Shown one piece after another: positions 1 to 10,200 of a stretch of DNA of 64,000 nt. The DNA comes from a bacterium (lineage in GTDB: Bacteria > Patescibacteriota > Patescibacteriia > HK-STAS-PATE-3). The notes under the pieces were generated by a model. That model made no database searches. It was not told the origin of the DNA and saw nothing but the letters and a program-made list of their open reading frames with translations. Where the stretch lies: contig JAZDMR010000034.1 of the NCBI GenBank assembly GCA_043800725.1, positions 4,374-68,373 of the forward strand, written 5' to 3'. Made by a program: the position numbers and the translations under genes. The first letter of the stretch is position 1. Every line of letters begins with the position of its first letter.

Positions 1-632
1 GAGACCATCTTGGAAACCGGAGCTTGCCTAATCACTTCCTCCATGCCCGGCTCGGTAATATCCAAGGGCTGCCCCTCAGTCGAGGCGCCTAAATCAGTTT
101 CCGTGTCTTTCAGAGCCTCTTCAACCTCAGCCGATAAGCTTTCGTACTGCCGCAAGATGTATTTAATGCCCGATTCGGAAGCAATATGGTATTTGATTTT
201 CACATTATTTTTTCGAGCAATAAATTCGATCGCTTCTAAGGCCTTGAAGTCAGACGGATTAACCATGGCGACGCTTAGCTCGTCGGCTGATTTCTGAAAA
301 GACACCATGCGATAATTCTGAGCCAGCTCCTGAGGAATAATATTCAGTATTTCAGCTCTGACAATCCGGCCAAACAAGTCCATATAAGGGATGTTATAAA
401 GCTTGCCTTTGGCTTTGACAATATCCTCTTCCCGGATAGTATGAGAATTCAATAAAACAGCCTGCAATGGCTGATGGGCTGCCTTGGCTTTGGCAATTAA
501 TTCATCCAAATCTGCCTGAGTAACGATTTTTTCTTGAATTAGGGTATCAAGCAGCTCCTGAGGCATGCCCAAAACATCAACTGAAGCTGACTGGATAGCG
601 GCAGATGAATGGGCTGGTTTTGCCGGGCTCAC
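1..632 (-). CDS. pilB: Type IV pilus/T2SS assembly ATPase PilB/GspE, N-terminal part (runs off window start)
   Basis: Not in the ORF track because it is truncated. Hand translation of the minus strand from GTG 632 (GTGA overlap with the upstream stop; alternative ATG 566) is open to base 1: ...LYNIPYMDLFGRIVRAEILNIIPQELAQNYRMVSF...LSVAMVNPSDFKALEAIEF...EEVIRQAPVSKMV, typical of the GspE/PilB N-domain. Follows pilMNO. Confidence 0.85.
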   Translation of the reverse strand, partial: MSPAKPAHSSAAIQSASVDVLGMPQELLDTLIQEKIVTQADLDELIAKAKAAHQPLQAVLLNSHTIREEDIVKAKGKLYNIPYMDLFGRIVRAEILNIIPQELAQNYRMVSFQKSADELSVAMVNPSDFKALEAIEFIARKNNVKIKYHIASESGIKYILRQYESLSAEVEEALKDTETDLGASTEGQPLDITEPGMEEVIRQAPVSKMV

Positions 633-922
633 GGGATTATCTCCTCAAACGGGTTATCTCTGCCTGCATTCCCGATATTCACCGGCAGGTCGCCATAAGG
701 CTGAAGAGAACGATAGCGAGGGTCGTCAAAAAGATCATCGCCAAAATCCTTGATTATAAGCAAATCTCGACGAATAACCGAATCCTCAGTCGTAGTAGAC
801 GTGGTCGAGCTTGGCACCGCAATCCATAAGAAATAAAAGAGACCGCCGCCCACAACTATTATTACCAAGGCGATTATTAAAATAAGCGTGCGCTGACTGT
901 TGCTTTTTTGGACTAAGGCCAT
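629..922 (-). CDS. Small single-pass membrane protein in the pilP position of the pilMNO operon
   Basis: N-terminal TM helix, Ser/Thr linker, C-terminal GRDNPF resembling the PilP RxPF motif; coupled to neighbouring genes. Confidence 0.65.
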   Translation of the reverse strand: MALVQKSNSQRTLILIIALVIIVVGGGLFYFLWIAVPSSTTSTTTEDSVIRRDLLIIKDFGDDLFDDPRYRSLQPYGDLPVNIGNAGRDNPFEEIIP

Positions 923-925
923 GCT

Positions 926-1606
926 TTATGTTTCCTCCTCAAAATAGAAAGTCCTCATGTTTATGGTGTATGTTTCTTTCTGCTCAGTTAGCTCTCCCGG
1001 ATTCCTGCTAAGAGCCTGGGCCGGATTGAAATTTAACGACTGAACATTGAATATCCGCAAGCTATTTTCGATATTGGTTAAAAATTCCTTAAAATGCTCA
1101 TAGGAGCGCCCTCCGCTCACTGAGATAGAAATATCAAATGATTTAAGTCCGGTATTGAGCAATAACGTATTCTGGCCCGCGGAGGTCGAGCCGGTATTTA
1201 CGCTCTGCTGGGAAGACGCGGCGCCCGGCTGACTCAGGCTGGCCGGAGCAATGGCAATGCTGTTCAGCTGCAAATCACTCTGCTCGACCAAATCATCAAC
1301 AATCACAAACAAATCGGCAATGTCGGACTTTTTGGGCAGTACCTGATCAAGCTCCTCCAAACTTCGCTTATTCAGGTCATCGTATCTATCCAGCATCTCC
1401 TCCACGCGGGTCAAATATTCTCCTCGATCCTCTAATAATTTCTGCTCGGTATTACGGTCGGATAAACCTAATTGCCGAATTTCATTTAACTCCGGTCCGA
1501 TTATAATAACATAACCAACAACCAAAATAATTACCGCCACCGCGATCAGAATGTAGCGGAACTGTTCGAAAATCAGCTTTTTAAAAGATATGCCAAACAG
1601 TTTCAT
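926..1606 (-). CDS. pilO: Type IV pilus alignment protein PilO
   Basis: TM helix, coiled coil, LPKKSDIADL and GRSYEHFKEFLTNIENSLRIFNV PilO-type motifs; ATGA overlap with pilN. Confidence 0.85.
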   Translation of the reverse strand: MKLFGISFKKLIFEQFRYILIAVAVIILVVGYVIIIGPELNEIRQLGLSDRNTEQKLLEDRGEYLTRVEEMLDRYDDLNKRSLEELDQVLPKKSDIADLFVIVDDLVEQSDLQLNSIAIAPASLSQPGAASSQQSVNTGSTSAGQNTLLLNTGLKSFDISISVSGGRSYEHFKEFLTNIENSLRIFNVQSLNFNPAQALSRNPGELTEQKETYTINMRTFYFEEET

Positions 1607-2943
1607 GGATTTGGATTAGTATTGGTAACTGTTGAGGAATTCGTGTTGGGATTTGATTGATTGGTGTTTAATACGGAAGAATTGGTGTTTAGATTGCCGG
1701 ACCTATTCGCGTTTGTCGACGCGTTGGTATTTAAGTTAGTTGAACTGTTCGTGTTGCTGCCGGTATTCTGGGGGAAGGTAAGATTGTATATTTCCGGTTC
1801 AAACCTTCCTCTGGGATAGCTTGCTTCGTCATAATAATAGATGTCCGGCACCAGAGTAGCGCTAATTGTAAAAGCTACTTGCCGGGCTACCACGCTGCCC
1901 GGCGGCAAATTCACATCAGTAACATCGGAGGCGGTCGCCGAATTGATCGAAACATTTGTAACAAAATCATCCGCTTGTTCCAAAAGCAGCAGCTGTCGGG
2001 CCGGCGAGGTAAAAGACCCTCCTAGAGCCGACAAGGTTATTTGTCCGCTCAAGCTACCGCTGAAAGCTCCGGTATAATAAACATCGTCAATAGTATAATC
2101 CTCCAGCTTACTAAAGAACTTTGTCCAATAAATATGCTGGTCAAGCAGCCCGGTAATAATTTGCAGCCTGGAATTTACGGCAATTGCCTCCTTTTGCTTG
2201 GGTTTAAGGTTTTGGATCTGGTCTTCGATGCCGGATCGCTCAGTCCTAAGATTCTGGATATCCTCGATTATCGAGGTGCGATAAATTGTCAGCAGCGCAT
2301 AAGCCCCGCCGATAACAAATATTGTGGCAAATAAAGTGATCCCCAGGCTGATTAATTTTGACTTCGGGTTAATTGATTGCTTGAAATCCGTAGGCAGAAG
2401 ATTTACTAGGAAGGACCGGTCAGTAGGCTTATCCGACTTTGCGGGCTTGGAAGTCAACGGCGGCAGGGGCGGAGTATCTTTTTTCTCCAGTTTAGGCTCT
2501 GGTGATTTTTTCGGCTTATTAATTGAAAAATCAGGTATCGCAGGCGGGGCCTGTTTTGTTAATTTAGGCTTGGATGGTTCTTTTCCTAGCATTGGCGTAT
2601 CAGACATATGAGGCAGGGGCGGGGTATTATCGGGATAAAGCTTTTGTTTATCAAGGCCAGCGAAAATATCTTCTGGATTTGGGGATTTATTCTGTTCAAA
2701 TTTAGGAATAGGCGGAGGTTTTATCGATTTGGGTTTTTGTTCTATCTCTTTTTCAATTTCATCTATCTTCTTTTTGCCACGTAAAGATTTCAGCCATACG
2801 GCAAAGCGCGAGGGTAGTTTTGGCTCTTTTGGGGCGGGTTCAACCTTTTTCGGGTCAGTTAACTTTGGAGCTAAAGGCTCACCGGCCTTTTTGTCCGTCT
2901 TTTCATCATTTTTCGTGTCTTTTAATAGATTTATATCAACCAT
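1603..2943 (-). CDS. pilN: Type IV pilus alignment protein PilN with a long Pro-rich N-terminal extension and an Asn/Thr/Ser-rich tail
   Basis: VNLLP motif, TM helix, coiled coil, HIYWTKFFSKLE and a ferredoxin-like domain; lies between pilM and pilO. Confidence 0.8.
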   Translation of the reverse strand: MVDINLLKDTKNDEKTDKKAGEPLAPKLTDPKKVEPAPKEPKLPSRFAVWLKSLRGKKKIDEIEKEIEQKPKSIKPPPIPKFEQNKSPNPEDIFAGLDKQKLYPDNTPPLPHMSDTPMLGKEPSKPKLTKQAPPAIPDFSINKPKKSPEPKLEKKDTPPLPPLTSKPAKSDKPTDRSFLVNLLPTDFKQSINPKSKLISLGITLFATIFVIGGAYALLTIYRTSIIEDIQNLRTERSGIEDQIQNLKPKQKEAIAVNSRLQIITGLLDQHIYWTKFFSKLEDYTIDDVYYTGAFSGSLSGQITLSALGGSFTSPARQLLLLEQADDFVTNVSINSATASDVTDVNLPPGSVVARQVAFTISATLVPDIYYYDEASYPRGRFEPEIYNLTFPQNTGSNTNSSTNLNTNASTNANRSGNLNTNSSVLNTNQSNPNTNSSTVTNTNPNP

Positions 2944-2948
2944 GGGTG

Positions 2949-4046
2949 TTATACGATTTCTCTCATGGCCAGGCCGATGGCAACTGAAAACCTCGGGCCC
3001 AACTCATCTAAAACCGGCTTTAATTCAACCGGATAAATTACTCGTGACCAGGGATCGCCAATAAAGCTCTTAAGTTGCACGGTTTTTTCCAAATAATCTG
3101 ACAAGTTAGGTAAAAAAGCAGAGCCTCCGGATAATATGATTTTTTCAATGGGACGTTCTCCCTGGCTTTGGTAAAGCGATAGTATGTAGCGTATTTCATT
3201 TACTATGTTATTCATAACAAACTCAATTACTTTGGGTATCTGGCTGGTGCCGGCCTCGGTCAATACTCCGAAATCGCGCTTAATCTGCTCGGCTCTTTCC
3301 AAGTCGATATTCAGTCCATTGGCAATCGACTTCGTAATAGTGTCCCCTCCTACGTCAATGCTTCGATTAAGAAAAGGGAAACCATCCAAAATAACGCTGA
3401 TCTCGGTGGCGATTGCGCCGATATCAATAATCATAACAGCCGATTGGTCATTGCCTAATAAAGAACGCACTACGGCAAAAGATTCTGTCTCAAGGCTGAC
3501 AATTTCCAGCTCCGCCAGTTTGAATATATCAATATATCTTTTTACCAGATTCTTCGGAGCCGCCGTGATTAGAATCTTCAAGTTTTTCGGGCCTTGAATA
3601 TCACTTTCAATTTTGGGCTTTTTAAACTTTTTTTCTTTCTTTTCATTTTCAATTTCCGAGGGATCACGCAGAACTCGCCAATCCAAGACCATTTCATCAA
3701 TCGACATAGGGACGATTTTTTTTGCCTCCCAGCGGACCGCTGAATAAAGATCCTTTTTGGGCATGACCGGCAGGCTCAAAATCGAATTAAACACAGCAAA
3801 ACTAGGCAAAGCGGAAATGATTTTTTTGCTAGAAACCTTGGCTTTCTTCAGTACAGACTTGATATTCACTACCATCTGTTGAAGCGCCTCATCCGAATCA
3901 CTTTTTATTATCTCCGTCGGCTGTTCAATAAAACCGTAAGTTACTAATTTAGGCCGTCCGCCTTCATCAAACAACTCAACTGCCTTAATACTGGACGTGC
4001 CAATATCAATTCCCACATAACTCTGTTTTTTATTAAATAAAGGCAT
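2949..4046 (-). CDS. pilM: Type IV pilus assembly protein PilM (actin-like)
   Basis: GIDIGTSSIK, IDIGA, LSGGSA and AIGLAMR motifs. Confidence 0.95.
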   Translation of the reverse strand: MPLFNKKQSYVGIDIGTSSIKAVELFDEGGRPKLVTYGFIEQPTEIIKSDSDEALQQMVVNIKSVLKKAKVSSKKIISALPSFAVFNSILSLPVMPKKDLYSAVRWEAKKIVPMSIDEMVLDWRVLRDPSEIENEKKEKKFKKPKIESDIQGPKNLKILITAAPKNLVKRYIDIFKLAELEIVSLETESFAVVRSLLGNDQSAVMIIDIGAIATEISVILDGFPFLNRSIDVGGDTITKSIANGLNIDLERAEQIKRDFGVLTEAGTSQIPKVIEFVMNNIVNEIRYILSLYQSQGERPIEKIILSGGSAFLPNLSDYLEKTVQLKSFIGDPWSRVIYPVELKPVLDELGPRFSVAIGLAMREIV

Positions 4047-4100
4047 CCCCTGATTATCTTCCTAATTTCTAATTTATTAAACTTGTAAAATTTCAAAAGA

Positions 4101-4129
4101 ATTATAGCACTTTTTTAAATAATTGGCAA
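4101..4129 (-). promoter_or_regulatory. Sigma70-type promoter for pilM
   Basis: Minus strand TTGCCA-17 nt-TATAAT with an extended -10 TG, about 55 nt upstream of the pilM ATG. Confidence 0.6.
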
Positions 4130-4134
4130 ACATT

Positions 4135-7100
4135 TTAAAAGGGTATTTCCTCCCTTATCCTGGGCAGGACTTGGGCGAAATCGCTAAATCCGGGGGGCGG
4201 ATTGGCAATTACCCTTCCGTCATAGGTTATTTCTTCGGCGGGCAACGGATCAGTCAAGGTGCCTCGGAAAGTTCTGCCAAATTTATACGAAGGCGAAATC
4301 ATTAAGCCCTGAGCTTGAAATGCCTTTTCATCAAGCGAATTCTCAATTTCAATTCCGTTAGTTTTATTAGTATATCCCGGGTCGCCAAAGGCAATATATG
4401 AACCGACAATCGTGCGCACGTTGCCGGTTATTATAATCGACCCTTTGACAATTATTCCCAAAGAAGCCAGATCGCGGATTTTATCAAAATTTTCCGCTTG
4501 ATAGACAATATTAACGTCAATCGTTAAATCACCCTGGACCACGATTGTGCCTGCCCCGGAAACAGAATTAGGATTGGTAATATCGCGATTATTAATTTTC
4601 CATTCAGTAATATAGCCTTCTCCTGAATCACACCGGCCAATAGTAAAATCATTATTGATATTATAAACAGTATTATCCAAATTAACTCCTATCGCGCATA
4701 AACCCAGCTCTGTTAAATTTTTATCATCACTATTTACTATTTTATTGCCATACTTATTTTTTCCATCGCCGATATCAGTAATTGTCCCATTCAAATCAAT
4801 ACTGCCTAACACATTGGTATAATTGTTTGACTCACTTGGGAAATAGATTGATTCATAGCCTTGCTGGAAATAAGGGCGATCCATATAACCCGTTTCCACT
4901 TCACCAAAACCCTGTCCATAAAGAGTGCAATAATTAGAAATAGTGCCTGCCGCACTGATCACATAAGTAGCGTTGCACTTGTCAGACGGCGCTGAAGGCG
5001 TGTTGGCGCTGCCGATGTCTGCCCGTGCATAAATATCCCCAAACTTGGTCTGGAGCCAGGCCTGGCTGTAATAATTAGTCCTGGAAAAATCAACCCAGCC
5101 CAATTCGCCTTCTTGCTCAGCGCTGTTTCCGCTCCAGCCAAAGCCGGTTACTTTTCCGGTAGCATCATCAATTGACACTCCATAAGAATCGCATGACGCG
5201 CAAGTATCGCAGAATATTGTGCCAAGACAGACCCCGCCATAAGCACTACACGCCATATCACCGTCAGATGCGCACTCCACCGTATGGTTTCCCTTACATC
5301 GACGGGTACATGATCCGCCGTCAGTCGAACACATATTGCATGATATTTTTGTTTCATCCGCACTATCGTAAACATCAGCTGTTGTATTACAAATTTTACA
5401 AACCTCTACTGTGCATGTTCCAGCTTCCGCATCTTCACATTCATTGCCGGAACACTGGATTGAGGTGTCTCCAGAGCAAAATGTGGCGCAGTTTTTACAC
5501 TCTCCAAATGGTGCAATCACGGCTGGGTTCGCGGTTACGTCCTCACCTCTTAATTTGATCCAGCCGCCGTCGTTTGCGTCTTGTTTTAACGATAATAATC
5601 TGCCCCAGCCCACAACTTTTCCCGTACTCGGATCAAACTTTGCTATATAATTCTGATTACCGTCATTAAAGGGCTGAGCAGGCGGAACGCCGGATTCTTC
5701 CTCAAATAATCCAACTGGCGCATATTTGTTAAAAGACAACCAGCCGGTTGACTGGCAAATATTGATGTTTTCAGAGCAGCGGCAATCCGTATCCTCATCA
5801 CATTCTACTAAATCATTTGAATCACATACTCCTTCTTCTTCACCTGCGGGTATATTGCAATCATCTTTAATATAGGCGTTGGGATCAGCATCACCCAGCC
5901 ATATATATCCGGCGATCGCTCCCTGATTGGCGCCGCTTCTTCTAATATTAACGCCATAAGTAAAGCCGGCGCTTTCGCAGTAATCCTGGTTGGCGCAGCT
6001 GCCGCTGCCCCAGCCAATAGAATCCCTGCTGTTATTGTTCGTGCTAGCACCCAGCCAAAGCCAGCCGAAAATATTGCCGGGAGTGCTGGTAATAATATTG
6101 GATTTTTGGCCAACCGCCCGCACCTCGGTTAAACTGGCCGCTGACACGCCATTTAAGTGTTCTCCATCATTATTGGAGTCTTGGCGCTCCCAGATATGGC
6201 CATTGAATTGGAATATGGCGCCGTTTTGTGAATCATTATCAATATTCCCTACAGCATAGGCATTATATAAATCCAGCGCCGGGTTATAAAAAGCGCTAAC
6301 ATCATTTATTTGGATATTTGCCACGGTTGTATGCTGAAGTTCCCAGAAACCCCTATCACTATCATAATCGTAAATTTGCCCCTTTCCTCCTGGAGTATAT
6401 GCTGACGCCCAAGCAAGATAGCGCGTCTCGCTTACTTTTATCGCCTCAATTCCGGTGAAAGACACATTACCTATTTCATAATCCAAGATCCAGGTATTAC
6501 CATTAATATCGCTATTCCGATAGATTTTCCCCTGATCAGTCACGGCCCAGACATGAGTTGGGTCAACTGCTTCAATGCCAAATACTCCTCCTGTCACATT
6601 CGCAGATGAGGAAAACATTAACTTTTCGTTTATTCCGGACAGCTTTCCATGACGAATTTTGCCATCGTTTTCACCTACAAAAACAACAATTTCAGAAGCA
6701 TCGTCTACCGCAGCAACTGCGGTAAGGTTGGCTCCCATAAAAATATCTTTATCAGGACAAGGCGCGACTGGATCGCAAATAATGCTGCTATTGCGCCAGT
6801 ACCAAATTCTGCCATTATTGCCCACGGCCCAAACCAAATATTGTGCTCCTGATTCATAATAAATTGCATCGACATCATTTAATGTCTCAGGATTTGCGCT
6901 CAAGGCATCATCATCGAATACTTCCCAAAAAGACCCATTATAAAACATCACAGTATCTCGGACTGGCTCTTCTGGCCCCTTATATAGCTGATCACCCACT
7001 ATCCAGCCCAAATATTTCCCATCACTGGGATTCTGAACAAACTTTACCGCGTTAAAGTTTGTCTTAACATCCTGATAAATCTTGGGCGCCTTTTGAACCT

Positions 7101-7215
7101 CCCATTCCAGTCCGGCTTGGGACTGATGAGCCAATAATATGCCGAAACCAGCCAAAATCACGGCGCTTAGCCCGCTGATGAAAATTAGCCTTTTTCTTTT
7201 TAAAGCGTAGGACAT
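4135..7215 (-). CDS. Large secreted surface protein: N-terminal beta-propeller, GW-repeat domain with Cys-rich inserts, C-terminal beta-solenoid-like domain
   Basis: Signal peptide; blades such as LNDVDA...VWAVGNNG; repeated GWLWLG/GYIWLG/GWLSFN/GFGWSG/GWVDFS; tail TIVVQGDLTI...LGIIVKGSIII. Confidence 0.75.
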   Translation of the reverse strand: MSYALKRKRLIFISGLSAVILAGFGILLAHQSQAGLEWEVQKAPKIYQDVKTNFNAVKFVQNPSDGKYLGWIVGDQLYKGPEEPVRDTVMFYNGSFWEVFDDDALSANPETLNDVDAIYYESGAQYLVWAVGNNGRIWYWRNSSIICDPVAPCPDKDIFMGANLTAVAAVDDASEIVVFVGENDGKIRHGKLSGINEKLMFSSSANVTGGVFGIEAVDPTHVWAVTDQGKIYRNSDINGNTWILDYEIGNVSFTGIEAIKVSETRYLAWASAYTPGGKGQIYDYDSDRGFWELQHTTVANIQINDVSAFYNPALDLYNAYAVGNIDNDSQNGAIFQFNGHIWERQDSNNDGEHLNGVSAASLTEVRAVGQKSNIITSTPGNIFGWLWLGASTNNNSRDSIGWGSGSCANQDYCESAGFTYGVNIRRSGANQGAIAGYIWLGDADPNAYIKDDCNIPAGEEEGVCDSNDLVECDEDTDCRCSENINICQSTGWLSFNKYAPVGLFEEESGVPPAQPFNDGNQNYIAKFDPSTGKVVGWGRLLSLKQDANDGGWIKLRGEDVTANPAVIAPFGECKNCATFCSGDTSIQCSGNECEDAEAGTCTVEVCKICNTTADVYDSADETKISCNMCSTDGGSCTRRCKGNHTVECASDGDMACSAYGGVCLGTIFCDTCASCDSYGVSIDDATGKVTGFGWSGNSAEQEGELGWVDFSRTNYYSQAWLQTKFGDIYARADIGSANTPSAPSDKCNATYVISAAGTISNYCTLYGQGFGEVETGYMDRPYFQQGYESIYFPSESNNYTNVLGSIDLNGTITDIGDGKNKYGNKIVNSDDKNLTELGLCAIGVNLDNTVYNINNDFTIGRCDSGEGYITEWKINNRDITNPNSVSGAGTIVVQGDLTIDVNIVYQAENFDKIRDLASLGIIVKGSIIITGNVRTIVGSYIAFGDPGYTNKTNGIEIENSLDEKAFQAQGLMISPSYKFGRTFRGTLTDPLPAEEITYDGRVIANPPPGFSDFAQVLPRIREEIPF

Positions 7216-7217
7216 GG

Positions 7218-10200
7218 TTATAGTTTACAGCAACGGTAAAAAGTCGGGTGTCTGGTGCTTGAATTTCTTCGGAGGCCATTTAGGAATTGTCCGGCCGGAC
7301 AGACAGAACCATCCGCGACACTTACCCAATTGCATTGTTCAGTAACATTCTGATCAGCGATCACGTCTTCGGTAACCTGCACCTCACCGGTAAAGTCGGC
7401 AGATATTGCGTTGGTGGCAAAGCAGTACATTTCCGCGCCCACGGGCTGAGGCAAGCTTGAATCATAAAATGCCTGGTCAATACAGCTTAATCCTGAGTTA
7501 TCAATATGGTGACCGATTGACATTGCTTCTGATCGCGAATCCTGGATATCTGCTCCTCCCGCAGCTAATAGCAAATTGCCCTGTCCATCAATCGCCTGAA
7601 TCTTGCATTCGTCAACATTCGGACCGGTCTCAAAACAATAACTTGCGTAAACCACATCCCCTGCCCCTTTAAAAATCCGATAATCAATATTGCCCACATC
7701 ATCGGCGATTTCCAGATCGCTTGCCCATTTCTTGCTCCCATCTGCGGTATTTATCCTGTTCATAAGCAACCTACCGTCGCTTTCTCTGCGCCAAACAGCC
7801 GTCAGTTCACTATCATCGCTGACCAGCAACTGATGATTGATATCTGATGAATTAACGCTTTTACCAGGACCGAGATTAAGTCCGCCGGCCCAGGGCTGGG
7901 AGCCATCACTGACATTGAGCTTAAAAATCCATAGATCATTATTGGGGAATTGAGCTCTGGCATAGACCGCATTGTTATAATAAATCAAGCCTGCGCCGTT
8001 TAAAGTACTGCCGGTAACGTCCACGGTCCAATCTGCTGTTCCATTATTAAGAATATGGCGAGCTCTTAGGGTGCTGACTCCCGAGGTGTATATGATTACC
8101 AGCCCGCCCTGGCCATCTTCAGTCATGCCCTGTAAAACAGTGCCTGGTTCGGATGCCAGCTCCTTGGCGGTATTTGAACCGACAGTGCAACCTAAATCAG
8201 TGGACCACATCCGAGCGCCGTCGTCTTTATTTATTTTCATGCCGCAAATCTTGCCGCCATTATAAAAAGCAAATAATAAATTGTTAGCATTGGCAGATAG
8301 GCTCATATATTGGCCCGAATCAGCTTGGGATACGCCATAAGCGCTGTTTACGGCAGTATCCCAAATTGTGTTACCACTTGCGTCTACTCTGGCCATAAAA
8401 TGCTCGCGACCAATGCCCGGGCAATTGCTGGCCCAGCCCACATATGCCCCGTCGCCGCCATCCGAAATAAAACCAATATCATGGCCTGGCTGGCCGCAAC
8501 GATCCAGCGATGGGTCAAGAGCATTGCCCTCAGCCATGGTTCCGTCATCATCAACTGAAAACACTCTTGCCTGATTATCGGGATTAGTTCGTATGTAAGC
8601 GTACAGCCGGCTGGTTACAGTATTTTGAACCGGCCCTTGCCCGAACGGACCGGCAAAGACGCTGACTTCTGAAGTAAACGGCGAAGGCGACCACTCAGGA
8701 GTAAAATCATAATTTGAGGAATCCGTGTTTCTGGCAATCAAGGTAGGGTTGTCCGCAGAATTATTGACCGCCGTAACAGCCTGTCCGGCTATTGGATTGG
8801 TGAAATAGCCCGCGTAACAATTTTTTAACAAGCCGCAAGAAATCACCTCTCCGTAAATTCCGCTGCCGCCTGAATTAAAAGCCGCTCCGGCAAAACGACC
8901 GGCAATCCCCGCTCCAATCCAGGGTGAACCGTTTAAGCCCAGTCCGGTCGCTTCCAAGGTCGGCTTGCCGTCAATGCCTCCGGATAAATGCAGCCTTTGG
9001 CGATCAGTCGCTGCTATGCCCTGCAGGAATGAACCTGCTTCCGAAGTGTTTGGCCTAACATATATTGACCCTGAAGACAGCCAATCAATATTTATTTCGG
9101 TCTCAAAAGGATCATCAACTAATTTGCCAATTTCCAAAGAATCTGAATTTGTCACTCTGATGGTGCCATCGTAGATGGTTAATTTTTGCGGATCTGGGGA
9201 GCCAGTAGGATTAACCGTCCACTGGGCACCCGCGTTATTAGTCTGATTCAGCTCGTTAACGCAAGTAGCCGTCAGGGTCCATTGACCTTCTTTATCAATC
9301 ACTCCCGGATATTTCAAGCGAAAGGTTGAACCGGCCGAATTGGAAAAAGACACATTATTATAAATTACACTTGTTGGAGAGGCTAGGGTAAATCGCACAT
9401 CTTTTGTTGATACTGTGCCGGTATTGCAGGTGGTTTGAACGTGGGTAATCAAACCGCCGAATTGGGCATTTATACAGCTGCTGTAATTTAAACCTCCATC
9501 AATGCTGCAAGTCGGACTAGTAACAGTAATCGTCTCATCTGGGGGCAGGCCGGAGTTACCTGCTATCACCAAGACTTTTCCGGGATTTGCTACATCGATA
9601 TTCTGCATTTCCACATAAAGCAAACCATTATAAACCCCCAGCAGGCCTGATGCGTTTGCGGGCAGATCGCTGTTGAAAACCAGGCTGCCGTCTGTGGCGC
9701 TTAAAGCTTTTAATGACGTTCCGTTAATAAATAAATAAACAATTCCATTATCTGACACAATTAATTCAAGCCCTTTTTCAAGCGGGCCAAGGCTGCCGCT
9801 ATCCCAGGCTTCCGATCCATTATTGGCATTGAAAAAGATATATCTGGCCTGCCCGGCTGTTGATTCAAATGTATAGTACAATTTTCCATTCCAATAAGCG
9901 CCGTCCCATACTATTCCGTCATAATCTCCGGCTAATTCATGGTGCCAGTTTTTCACACCATTACTGGCATTATAAGAATTTATCCCGCAGACATTTCCAT
10001 AAACAGCGCCGCTATTATAAATTGGGCTATTATTATTGCTATCACCAGCTCCGCAATTTTCCTCAACAGTCCTCCAAATTAATAAGCCATTATCAGCCTC
10101 AAGAGCCACCATACCATGTACACCACCGTCATGATACTTTACAAATAATTTACTTTCACCGTACGCCGGGGTGGCGATTAACTGGGTATCATCACCTGCC

